Shown here: positions 1 through 10,100 of the stretch, one piece after another | Position numbering within the stretch: position 1 is the first letter of the stretch | Layout: every line of letters begins with the position of its first letter | From: a virus | Lineage: Duplodnaviria; Caudoviricetes | DNA: 29,548 bases | Direction: 5' to 3' (one strand) | IMG/VR virus record: IMGVR_UViG_3300035070_002308 | Location: 1 to 29,548 of that record | Position numbers and translations under genes: made by a program | The notes under the pieces: generated by a model | The model's input: the letters and a program-made list of their open reading frames with translations, nothing else | Told to the model about the DNA's origin: nothing | Database searches by the model: none

Positions 1-1599
1 CCTTTTGGTTTTGTATGTAAAGGCGGATTAGATACTAATACTAATCAGCTCGCTGCTTTGGGTGCGCCCGGAACAGCCATAGCTCTTCAAAACTTTGAGG
101 TCGATTCAGACTCTGGATACCGTAGAATTAATGGTTACACTCCTTATGGGACTACTAGGCCAAATGGAACTAATGACATTAAAGGTGTCATGGCTTATGC
201 GGGAGGACTCCTTGTCTGTTCTGGTAGTGCTATTATGTTTACAATAGACGGCATAACTTGGGTCAATGTAGCTAGAGCCGGACAAGTTAACACAGACTAC
301 ACGTATGCTGAGTATTTCGTAACTGGTGGTGGTAGGACTCTTGTAGATAGAACGGGTCAAGGCCAGACAAGTTTTGTGTATGAAGAAGGTATAGGAGACA
401 ATGGAACCGTAGTTATTTTAGACGGCGATAACCTGCCGTTTACTCTTACAATTAAAGGCACTGGCGATTTAGATACTCGAACTTATAACGGCCATGAATT
501 TTCAATTGACTTAGTTGCTGGTGCTGAAATTATACCGTCTGTAGGTACTCGACACGAAACACGCCTCGTGGCAGGGGCAGGTACTTCTTTATATTATAGT
601 TCTGTAGGTAGCGTCACTAGCTTTTCAACAGGAGCACACTTAGTTCTTGGAGATACTATTGTAGGTTTAAAAAGTTTCCGTGATGACGTTATTATATTTT
701 GTGCTAACAGCATACATAAGTTTGTTAACATGGGGGCTGGCGTAAATGACGGAGAAGCTATAGTACCGATTACTACAAACGTAGGTTGTCTGGCAGCAGC
801 TAGTATTCAAGAAATAGGTGGTGATTTAGTATTTTTAAGTTCTGATGGCATACGTACAATTGCAGGTACAGCCCGTATAGGTGACGTAGAGTTAAGCTCA
901 ATCAGTCGTCAAGTCCAACCTACCTTTGCAAAGCTTGCAAAAAATATTAATAATCTTATTGTTTCAAGTGCTGTCATTCGAAGTAAAAATCAATATAGAC
1001 TGTTCTACTCAGAAGCTGATGAGCTTGTAGCAGGCTCTAAAGGCATCATAGGCACACTAACTAATAACGGTTTTGAGTGGTCAGAAACATTAGGCATCCA
1101 AGCTCATGCTATTGATTCAAGCTTTGATACAGATGGTGTAGAGAAATATTATCATGCTGATAAAAAAGGTTATGTGTATTTACACGATCAAGGTAAAAGT
1201 TTTTATAGCGAAGGGGCTGCTTTCAATATAAACTCTAGGTACGTCACTCCGTTCTATGATTTCGGAGACGTGGGTAGCAGGAAAACACTACACTATGTAA
1301 AAGTCTCAATCAGCCCTGAGTCTACTGTAATTCCAACACTACGTGTTAGATACGATTATAATAGCGTAGATGCTCCGCAGCCGCAGCCTTACGTAATGAC
1401 TACAATCCCAAGCCCCTCTGCATACGGGACTGCTCTATTTGGAACAAACCTTTACGGCGGTATTGGCGACCCGATGGTCAGACAAGCTGTTCAAGGCAGT
1501 GGACACACAGCAAGTTTTACAATTACAAGTGATGACCAAAAAGGTTCTTACCGTATTAATGGTCTTTTCATAGATTACGTGCCAGCAGGCAGGAGATAA
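1..1599 (+). CDS. Tail nozzle / DNA-stabilisation protein (P22 gp10 / T7 tail tubular B-like), 5'-truncated
   Basis: Frame is open from base 1 (PFGFVCKGGLDTN...), so the true start lies upstream of the window. Beta-rich, with NVGCLAAASIQEIGGDLVFLSSDGIRTI and FYDFGDVGSRKT motifs typical of podoviral stabilisation proteins; sits directly before the tail fibre. Confidence 0.75.
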   Translation, partial: PFGFVCKGGLDTNTNQLAALGAPGTAIALQNFEVDSDSGYRRINGYTPYGTTRPNGTNDIKGVMAYAGGLLVCSGSAIMFTIDGITWVNVARAGQVNTDYTYAEYFVTGGGRTLVDRTGQGQTSFVYEEGIGDNGTVVILDGDNLPFTLTIKGTGDLDTRTYNGHEFSIDLVAGAEIIPSVGTRHETRLVAGAGTSLYYSSVGSVTSFSTGAHLVLGDTIVGLKSFRDDVIIFCANSIHKFVNMGAGVNDGEAIVPITTNVGCLAAASIQEIGGDLVFLSSDGIRTIAGTARIGDVELSSISRQVQPTFAKLAKNINNLIVSSAVIRSKNQYRLFYSEADELVAGSKGIIGTLTNNGFEWSETLGIQAHAIDSSFDTDGVEKYYHADKKGYVYLHDQGKSFYSEGAAFNINSRYVTPFYDFGDVGSRKTLHYVKVSISPESTVIPTLRVRYDYNSVDAPQPQPYVMTTIPSPSAYGTALFGTNLYGGIGDPMVRQAVQGSGHTASFTITSDDQKGSYRINGLFIDYVPAGRR

Positions 1600-1602
1600 A
1601 GA

Positions 1603-4600
1603 ATGACAGGTTATACTAAAACAAAGACTTTCACAACTGGTGAGACTATTCTCGCAGACCACTTTACTACTGAGTTTAATAATATTTCAGTAGCTTTTGA
1701 TGAGAGCACAGGCCACAATCATAACGGTGATGTAGACTCAGGTGCTTTTGTTCCGTTGATTAGCTCTGCTGATACCTTTACTAAAATTACAACCACTGAA
1801 GCTACTGACCAATTAAACTTCTATACTAAAGTAAGCGGTGCAGCAGCACTTCAACTTTCGTTTAAAGATGGTGTCATTGAACCAAATGCAGATAGCGATG
1901 TAGATATTGGTACAACTGCTAAACGCTTTAAAGACTTGTATGTCGATAGTGCCACGGTAACAGGTACGGTTACTGCTGATAGTTTGATTGTTCAGACTTC
2001 CAGCGGAAATGCTGCTGCGTCAGTGAACAGCGCAACAGGAAGAGCTGCATTACAAGTAGTAAGTACCTTTGACGGAGAAGTCGCCGACCAAGAAGCATCA
2101 ATTGAAATTGGTGCAGAAAACCTCGCACACTTAGATTTAAAAACTCCTAACTCTGATGATTTTGATTTAAGAATATCTCATTCTGAAGTATCAGACCTTT
2201 CAATGGTCAACTCCTTAGTCGATAATTTATTCTTGCGGTCAGGCGGCAAAGTAGCCTTACAACACGGTGGAGCACACACTAAGCTAGAAACAACAGCTAC
2301 AGGCGTAGACGTAACAGGCACACTGTCTGCTACTAATGCAACTATTGCTGGCACAGCTTCTTTTGAAGATCAGATTACTATTACAGCTAATACAGACACC
2401 GGATCTGCACAGCCAACTTTAACATTGAGAAGCAATGAAGGTGCGTCTATTGACAATCAACTAGCTGAAATAACCTTTCAGGGTCATAACGATCAACAAG
2501 TCGATCAGACCTACGCTTATATGAGAGCAGAATCTCCAGTTATTATTGATAATCAAGAAGAGGGTAAATTAAAGTTTTTTGTTCGCAAGACTGGTAATGC
2601 TTATGCTAATAGTTTATCCGTTGATAGCTCAGGCATAAACGTAACAGGTACGGTTACTGCTGATGGTGTTAAACTAGGTGACAATGAAAAAATACAAATA
2701 GGTAATACTCAAGATTTAGAGCTTTTTCACGATGGTACTAATAGTTATGTGCAAGATTCTGGCGATGGACAACTAATAGTAAACACGACTAACGGCGGCG
2801 GCGTTTATGTTCAATCCGCTGGCGAGACAATGGCTCAGTTCATCTCGAACGGTACAGTAAATCTTTATCACGACAACGACCACAAGTTTGCTACCACAGC
2901 AACAGGCATAGACGTAACAGGTAACATAGCTGTTAGCGGGACTGTAGACGGTCGTGATATAGCAGCGGACGGTATATTATTAGACGCTATCGAAGCTGGT
3001 GCAGACGTGACGGATACTGCAAACGTAGTCGCTGCGCTTACTGCTGGTGATAATATTACTATTGCCGCTAACGGCACGATAACTGCTACAGATACTGATA
3101 CTACTTACTTAACAGCTACATCAAGCACTGCTGGTCTAGTTAAAATTGGATATGTAGAAAATAATAAAAACTATCCTGTTGAATTAAGCTCTGATAAAAT
3201 GTTTGTTAATGTTCCTTGGACAGATTCTCAAACAGCAGGGACTGGACTATCATTAGCTGGTGGCGAATTCAGTGTTAACGCTTCACAAACACAGATTACT
3301 TCTGTAGGCGCACTAGATGGCGGTACAATTACTTCTGGTTTTGGATCAATCAATGTTGGTGCGGATTCAATTAATACTACAGGCTTTGTAAACGCAGGTA
3401 CTGTTAACTTCCCTTCTCACGAAAACGACACGTTGAAAATTACAAGCTCTATAGTTGATAGTACATCTCATTTACAGTTCTGGGTTAGTGATAACACTGA
3501 CGACACTTTTAAGTTTATGACATCCCAGTACGCAGTAAGTGGTGCAGTCGAAGCAGAACTTATGACCTTAAAAGCTACAGCTACAGGCGCTGGAAAAGCT
3601 TTACTGACAGTTGATGGTCAGACAAATACACTAGGTTTAAAGCTTACAAGCTCTCAAGTAGTTACCAGTATTGATACAGACTTAACTGGAGTTTCAGCAG
3701 CTCATGATACATTACCAACAGCCTTAGCTACTAAAACTTATGTAGACGCTGTAACAGCCGCTGCAAGTGCTGGCGATATTACAAGCGTTGTAGCTGGAGA
3801 CGGTTTAACAGGCGGAGCAACTTCAGGTGATGCTACAGTAAATGTAGTGGGCGGCGTAGGTATTGTAGCTAATGCTGATGAAGTAGTTTTAGATTTAAGC
3901 GAGTTGACAACTTCTGAAGATAATGATGACGGCGACTTCTTTGCTGTTGTAGATACTGATGGCGCACAGAAAAAATTAACTAAAGCTAACATTGCTCTAT
4001 CAAGCATGAACAACGATTCAGGCTGGACATCTAATGCGGGTACAGTGACAAGCGTTGGGGCCGGTACAGGTTTATCAACTACGGGTGGGACTACACCTTC
4101 TCTTAGCGTTGACGCAGCTCAGAGCGGCATTACTTCTTTAGGCACGTTAAGCGCTTTGAACGTAACAGGTGATTTAACTTTAAATGGTTCATACCCTACT
4201 GGTACTCAAAACACTTTTGTAGGCGCAGCAAGCCGCTCAGCTTTAACGGCAACCGCTCTAGCAAACGTAGGTGTAGGCTCTGCCGCTCTGCAAGCTTTAA
4301 CTACTGGAGATTATAATTTGGCTGTAGGTGGTTCAGCTTTATTCTCTTTAACATCGGGATCAAACAATGTAGCTATAGGACAATCGGCGTGTGCATTCTC
4401 AACTACTGGCTCTGGTAATACAGCTATAGGTAAATTATCTCTCTATGCCGGAGTAACAGTAAGCAGTAACACAGCTATAGGTGGCAGCGCTCTTTATGCT
4501 TTAACTGCGGGTAATTACAATGTAGCTATTGGTGAAAACGCTGGAAGACGACTTACAGCAGGCACAAGTAATGCTTATATAGGTAAAAACGCTGGCTACA

Positions 4601-5811
4601 ACGCAGACGAACAATCATTTGCGGTTGCAATCGGGAAGGATGCAGGTGTTGGTGCAGTACCAGATGGGGCAACTGTTAATTTTACTGGTGGTGATAACTG
4701 TATTGCTTTAGGCGTAAACACCTTAAACAGTCAAACTACAGGTTATAGCAACACTGCGATAGGTACAGACGCTTTAAAAGATTTGACCACTTCCTATAGT
4801 AATGTTGCTATAGGTGGTCAAGCTTTAATGGACTTAACTACAGGGACAGTTAATACTGGTATAGGTACAGGAGCTGCTGAAAGTGTAACCACAGGTACAG
4901 CTACAACAGCTTTAGGGCAGTACGCATGTAGAGAAGTTACATCAGGTAATTATAACACAGCTATGGGTTGGAGAGCTTTAAGTGGTTTTGCAGCTACTTC
5001 TTTGACAGGTAGTAGTAATCTAGCTGTGGGTAAAGACGCTTTGGCTAAGTTAAGCGGTGCCTCTAATAATAATACAGCAATAGGCACATCAGCAGGGAAT
5101 AATCTAACTTCGGGAAATGCTAATTTTCTTGCTGGATTGACTTCTGGCGGTTCTCTGACAACAGCAAGTAATCAAACAATCATTGGTGGTTTTAATGGTA
5201 ACGGAAGTGGTCTGGATTTAAGAACCAACACTACTCCCAGACTTGTATTAGCAGCAGGCTCATTCCCCGTTGTAGTGTCTACTGCTACTAACTTTGACAT
5301 TATGGTTGGTCCAAGTTCTAAAGCTTGGAGCACAATTAATGGAGGTGTTAGGTTTTTTGGCACTAACGGAACATCTTCCTTATATTGGGCACGACCTTCA
5401 ACGCAAACCGGCAATATAGATGCTGCTAGGTATTATCATAACGGGCAAGTAATTGGAGAAATCACAACTTCTACTACTGGAGTAGCTTATAACGTTACCT
5501 CAGACTATCGCTTAAAAGAAAATGTAACTCCACTTACAGGTTCTATTGATAGATTAAAAGCTTTAAAGCCTTGCACATTTAACTTTCTCACTGAACCTAG
5601 TAAGAATGAAGAAGGCTTCATTGCTCACGAAGTTCAAGAAGTTGTGCCGCAAGCTGTAAGTGGAACTAAAGATGCTGTAGATGAAAATGGTGATATAGAG
5701 ACTCAAGGATTAGATACTTCACGACTTGTGCCTCTTTTAACTTCTGCACTCCAAGAAGCTATAGAAAAAATCGAACAACTAGAAGAGCGCATTAGCGCAT
5801 TGGAGGCGTAA
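1603..5811 (+). CDS. Tail fibre with ~14-aa beta-roll repeats and C-terminal peptidase S74 intramolecular chaperone
   Basis: RBS AGGAG upstream. N-terminal anchor (MTGYT...EFN...AF...TGHNHNG), T/G/A-rich shaft, many N(T/V)A(I/V)G repeats at ~4200-5190, and TSDYRLKEN...GFIAHEVQEVVPQAV...LVPLLTSALQE plus a terminal coiled coil (S74 signature). Confidence 0.92.
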   Translation: MTGYTKTKTFTTGETILADHFTTEFNNISVAFDESTGHNHNGDVDSGAFVPLISSADTFTKITTTEATDQLNFYTKVSGAAALQLSFKDGVIEPNADSDVDIGTTAKRFKDLYVDSATVTGTVTADSLIVQTSSGNAAASVNSATGRAALQVVSTFDGEVADQEASIEIGAENLAHLDLKTPNSDDFDLRISHSEVSDLSMVNSLVDNLFLRSGGKVALQHGGAHTKLETTATGVDVTGTLSATNATIAGTASFEDQITITANTDTGSAQPTLTLRSNEGASIDNQLAEITFQGHNDQQVDQTYAYMRAESPVIIDNQEEGKLKFFVRKTGNAYANSLSVDSSGINVTGTVTADGVKLGDNEKIQIGNTQDLELFHDGTNSYVQDSGDGQLIVNTTNGGGVYVQSAGETMAQFISNGTVNLYHDNDHKFATTATGIDVTGNIAVSGTVDGRDIAADGILLDAIEAGADVTDTANVVAALTAGDNITIAANGTITATDTDTTYLTATSSTAGLVKIGYVENNKNYPVELSSDKMFVNVPWTDSQTAGTGLSLAGGEFSVNASQTQITSVGALDGGTITSGFGSINVGADSINTTGFVNAGTVNFPSHENDTLKITSSIVDSTSHLQFWVSDNTDDTFKFMTSQYAVSGAVEAELMTLKATATGAGKALLTVDGQTNTLGLKLTSSQVVTSIDTDLTGVSAAHDTLPTALATKTYVDAVTAAASAGDITSVVAGDGLTGGATSGDATVNVVGGVGIVANADEVVLDLSELTTSEDNDDGDFFAVVDTDGAQKKLTKANIALSSMNNDSGWTSNAGTVTSVGAGTGLSTTGGTTPSLSVDAAQSGITSLGTLSALNVTGDLTLNGSYPTGTQNTFVGAASRSALTATALANVGVGSAALQALTTGDYNLAVGGSALFSLTSGSNNVAIGQSACAFSTTGSGNTAIGKLSLYAGVTVSSNTAIGGSALYALTAGNYNVAIGENAGRRLTAGTSNAYIGKNAGYNADEQSFAVAIGKDAGVGAVPDGATVNFTGGDNCIALGVNTLNSQTTGYSNTAIGTDALKDLTTSYSNVAIGGQALMDLTTGTVNTGIGTGAAESVTTGTATTALGQYACREVTSGNYNTAMGWRALSGFAATSLTGSSNLAVGKDALAKLSGASNNNTAIGTSAGNNLTSGNANFLAGLTSGGSLTTASNQTIIGGFNGNGSGLDLRTNTTPRLVLAAGSFPVVVSTATNFDIMVGPSSKAWSTINGGVRFFGTNGTSSLYWARPSTQTGNIDAARYYHNGQVIGEITTSTTGVAYNVTSDYRLKENVTPLTGSIDRLKALKPCTFNFLTEPSKNEEGFIAHEVQEVVPQAVSGTKDAVDENGDIETQGLDTSRLVPLLTSALQEAIEKIEQLEERISALEA
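1957..2664 (+). repeat. Exact 24-bp direct repeat GTAACAGGTACGGTTACTGCTGAT (1957-1980 and 2641-2664) within the tail fibre gene
   Basis: Read directly; both copies encode VTGTVTAD. Confidence 0.9.
2293..2921 (+). repeat. 26-bp near-identical direct repeat (2293-2318 and 2896-2921; 24/26 match) within the tail fibre gene
   Basis: ACAGCTACAGGCGTAGACGTAACAGG vs ACAGCAACAGGCATAGACGTAACAGG; encodes TATG(V/I)DVTG. Confidence 0.85.
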
Positions 5812-5812
5812 C

Positions 5813-6055
5813 ATGTCAGAAGAATTAACACTTGAAGAGATTTTAAAAAAGTATAATAATTTAAAAGATTCCGTCACTGCAATCAACGAAGCAATTGTTG
5901 AGCTGGATGCAGGAAGCTCTGAGGAAAATCTTGAATCTATCTTGCGCTGCAACTTAGATCATCTTACTTACATGAAGCGTAGGCCCTTCTGGACAACCGA
6001 AGATTTTACAGATGTTACTACTGCTATCGAAGCAGCCACAGCAGCTTTAGATTAA
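5813..6055 (+). CDS. Small acidic helical protein, probably tail-fibre associated
   Basis: RBS GGAGG. NLDHLTYM...FWTTEDFT resembles small proteins I recall following marine phage fibres; function inferred from position. Confidence 0.6.
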   Translation: MSEELTLEEILKKYNNLKDSVTAINEAIVELDAGSSEENLESILRCNLDHLTYMKRRPFWTTEDFTDVTTAIEAATAALD

Positions 6056-6068
6056 GTAGGAGGTAGTT

Positions 6069-6248
6069 ATGTCAGGAGTCCCTAGTCCAGAAACAGTAAA
6101 AGAAGTTGTAGACGTAGCAGCAGCTTCCACAGGCATCATGGCTTTAGCGGCTTGGTTGCCGCCTACAGCATCATTGTTTACAATAGTGTGGTTAGGGATT
6201 CGTATCTATGAATCTGAAACTATTCAAAAGTTGTTAGACAAAGAATGA
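6069..6248 (+). CDS. Small membrane protein, putative holin (59 aa; absent from the ORF track)
   Basis: Strong RBS AGGAGG at 6058-6063. MSGVPSPETVKEVVDVAAASTGIMALAAWLPPTASLFTIVWLGIRIYESETIQKLLDKE has a hydrophobic core and charged tail. ATGA overlap with the next gene. The CDS is well supported; the holin role is inference. Confidence 0.75.
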   Translation: MSGVPSPETVKEVVDVAAASTGIMALAAWLPPTASLFTIVWLGIRIYESETIQKLLDKE

Positions 6249-7111
6249 AGTTAAAGTTTTATGTATTAACATCAAGGGACTTCAAAGCTCTACTAAGACA
6301 TAATAGCCCTGAGTATAGCAACATCCCGAAAGAAGATACAGTAATAGTAATTAATTCTTTATCTAAAGCATATGAAGAAAAAGTTAAAGCTCACTGCGAG
6401 AAAGAAGAGGTTGAATACTACATCACTGAAAGCAACGGCACACCGGCTAAAGGTAAGAACTCAGTACTCGATCTTTTCCTAGCCTCTGATAATGATTATT
6501 GTGTGTTAGTAGACGGGGATGATTACTTAACTGCCCAAGGCGTAAAAGTTTATAAAGACATTGCAAACTTATCTACGCCACCAGATGTGGTATGTTTAAA
6601 GAATCAAGTAGGCATGAGTAAAGGTAAAAAAACTAAACCTTTTACTGTGAATTACAAAGATCTTATAAAAGATTTTAACTATGAAAGGCTAAAGAAGTAT
6701 GCTGGACATAACCACCAGACCGCTTTACGCTTTGCGCTTTGGAGACAGAAGTACTTTATGATGCAGAGAGACTACAGTGAAGGTTCTGAAATACAATGTA
6801 GGGTTACTTGGTACAGTAAAGAAGCAGCTAAGTTTAAGTTTGATGAGGAGCTTGTAATAGGAGAAGACGCTTTACAAATGCTACGCTTAAAACACGAAGC
6901 CCTTATAAATAATTTAAACATGTATACTTATAATGAAAACCCCGTAAGCTACATATATAATTATACAGTAAACGGAACGCTTTGTCAAGTAACAAATAAT
7001 ATGACTAACTTTGAATGGCTAAAGCCTTATCTTACGAAGATTAAAGAAATGAAAGCGGCTGGGCAGCTACACAAAAATACGACACTTCCTACATTACAGG
7101 TATATAAATGA
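6245..7111 (+). CDS. GT-A fold (family 2-like) glycosyltransferase
   Basis: N-terminal beta strand (KFYVLTS), VIVINS, SNGTPAKGKN (G-x-x-x-(A/G)-(R/K)-N helix), YCVLVDGDDYL DxD motif at 6512-6523, and FDEELVIGED catalytic-base motif. Confidence 0.75.
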   Translation: MKLKFYVLTSRDFKALLRHNSPEYSNIPKEDTVIVINSLSKAYEEKVKAHCEKEEVEYYITESNGTPAKGKNSVLDLFLASDNDYCVLVDGDDYLTAQGVKVYKDIANLSTPPDVVCLKNQVGMSKGKKTKPFTVNYKDLIKDFNYERLKKYAGHNHQTALRFALWRQKYFMMQRDYSEGSEIQCRVTWYSKEAAKFKFDEELVIGEDALQMLRLKHEALINNLNMYTYNENPVSYIYNYTVNGTLCQVTNNMTNFEWLKPYLTKIKEMKAAGQLHKNTTLPTLQVYK

Positions 7112-10100
7112 GTAAGAAAAGAAGTCAACGGAATACTAAAAAGTTCTTAAAAGGACTTAAAGCTAAACGCCAGAAATTTTATTATGGTGGTTATGGTGGT
7201 GGCGGTGGAGGAATGGGGCCTGCTGGCTTCTCGCAGCAAAATCAACATAACTACTGGACGGGGCAGCAAGGCGGCTTGGGTGTATTTGAATATAGTATGC
7301 TAGAGGGTTTGACTGCAAGTGAACGAACCGCCATGCTGCAAAAATACGACATGCCTTTGCCCTCATTGCAGGGTAACTTTACTGAGCCTTCTGGAAGTAC
7401 AACAACGGACGAAACAACTGAAACAACTAACACAACTGAAACAACTGAACCCGAAGTAGCCGTTATAGAAAGTTTTCCAGAAGCCGACAACACTGCTGAT
7501 CTAACTTCTGGGTATATAGATTTAAATATAAAACCCCCTACACAGGCAGAGTTAGACGATTTAACAGGGCCGACTTTGGGTCAGAAAGTTTGGAATGCAA
7601 CTAAAGGTATAGTAAAAGCCACTTTAACGGGTGCTGCACTAGGCGCATTAGCTGGGGGTTATTACGACATATCTAAAAATATGATGGCGAAGCTTTTAGC
7701 CAAAGAAGCTTTTAAAGGTGCTGTAATAGATGAGGCAACAGGCGCTTTAATGGATGCCGCTACAGGTCTTCCAATCGTAGGCCCAGCCCTTACAATTATA
7801 CGAGAGGCCCAAGACAATTTTACTCTTGGAAATACGTATGATATTTTCATGGGCGATTCAGACACGTTTATACCAGACACATCAGGAACAACCACTAATA
7901 CAAATATAGGTTATGACTCTGCGGGCAACATCCAGCTTGGTAGTGGTACTGCTTGGGCTGGGACTGTAAGTAACGGAGCAGGTACAGCAGCCTCAGATAA
8001 CCCAATTGTTACTGGAGGTACAGTCCATGAATCTACAGGAACAGTGCTGCCAGAGGAAAAAGAAATAGAAGACCTTGAAGTCACAGAAGATGAAATAGAT
8101 TCAACCACAGATTCAACAACATATGATAATTCTGAACTCGGACAAGTTTTAAGCGGTTTAAATCTTGGCGGGACAAATGGAGATAATGGCATGACAATAG
8201 ATATAGGACTTACACAGGAAGCAAAAAATAAAGCTTTAGCGGGTGGCGACAACCCAGTTGCTCCCGTCCTGTTGACAGATAAGACTTTAGTTACTTCTGA
8301 AGACGATATTCAAGAGTTAGGTGCTATGACTCAAGCTACAGCGCCTACGGTGGAGGCAAGTGATTTAGAGGCTGTTGACGCTGCTCAAGCTGCCACAGTA
8401 CAGCAAGCCAAAACTGTAGACGCTCAGACAGTAGACACAATTTCAGCGGATCAGGTAAAGCAACAAAAAGCTGCTGATGCTTTTAATCTAACACCTGAAG
8501 CTGCTGCGTTCAAAGAAGCAAGTGATGCACATATGGCTAACCCTGAGCGAGCGGCGATAGCAAAAGCTTATGAAGAAGCAGGCGCAGCAGGCGATGAAGG
8601 TGCAATAGCTAAAGCTGAAGCAGATTTAAAAGCTTTTGATGAGGGCTTTATAGAACAGGCTCGAACCTATCAGAACAAACAACGAGAGTTCATGTCTACC
8701 TACGGAGACGCTAAAGTTGTTACAGGTGCAATTTCCGAAGACTCTACTGCCGTTTCAACTGACGCAACAATGACTACAGAGGCCACAGTGGCTGACCGTA
8801 ACACAGAAGCAGAGCAGGCGGCATTAGCACAGAACGTAGGCTTTGATGTCTCTACAAAGTCTACAGTGGACCCTGTGACGGGCGAGAAGATTATAGTAGC
8901 GGCAACACCTGCGGCAGAAGCGGCGCAACGTAATGCAATTACTGACGATACTTTCACTCCAATGGAAGCCGCACAGATTACAGAAGTATTAGGATATGAC
9001 ATCACTACAACTCGTGCAGTTCAAGGTGAAGCCGCTGTAGGTGTAGCTTCTGAAATGCTTGCAGAAGTTGGAGATTTACCACCAGAAATTACAGCAGCTA
9101 TTGTAGAAGATGCTGAAAAAGTAATAGCACAATTAGATAATGAGCCTGTTGAAGTAAGAGCAGCTATTGCAGCGTTACCTAAAGAAGCTTTAATGTCTTC
9201 GCAGATGGAAAGCTTGTTAGGTTCGTTAGAAGAAGATAAAGTTCCAGCATGGGCACGACCTGCTGTAGATAGCGTAAATAATATGTTAGCTCAACGGGGT
9301 TTATCATCATCTAGTATAGGACGTGATTCTTTATTCAATGCAATTATTCAAAGTGCTTTACCTATTGCTGAAAACAATGCTAACGCTTTACAAAAACGAG
9401 CAGCTCAGAATTTAGATAACGAGCAGCAAGCTAATATTACAACAGCTACGTTAGATATGAATCGACGTTTAGCTAACTTAGCTAATCAGCAAACCGCTGT
9501 AAGTCAGACAGCTCAAATGGCTAATGATATGAAGAAGCTTCAAAGCTCTTTCACTCAAGAAGCTGTGATCTCGACTGCGGCACAAGAGCAACAAATACGA
9601 GTACAAAACTTAGAGAATCGTCAACGTACTGCTGAACAGAACAACAGAAACCGTCAAGAAACAATGGCATTAAATCTAGGCAACGAACAGCAAATGACTC
9701 TTGCTAATTTAGAGTTTCAAGCTGCGTCTGATCGAGATAACATGACAGCAGACAACCAAAGAAAGCTTGCAGAAATGAACGTTGCGGCAGAATTCTTGTC
9801 TAAGAACGCTGAGTTGAAAAACTCTATGGACATCGCTAACATGAGCGCTGATTCTCAGATGAAGCTTGCAAACTTAAAAGCTCAGAATGACGCAAGCTCA
9901 GATAACTTAACAGCTGCGCAACAAACTGAATTAGCAAACTTAGAAGCTACGTTAAAAACCAACTTAACTCAAGCCGACATTGCAAGTACTATGGGTGTTG
10001 CCCAGTTAAACGCAGACCAACAACGAGCTGTAGTCAACGCCCAAACTAATGCAAATATTGATTTAGCAAAGTTCGACGCTGCGTCTCAGGTTGAATTAGT

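Noticed and set aside
1957-2921. Fibre repeats as a diversity-generating retroelement or invertase shufflon
   Set aside because: Repeats are short and direct, and there is no reverse transcriptase or recombinase in the window.
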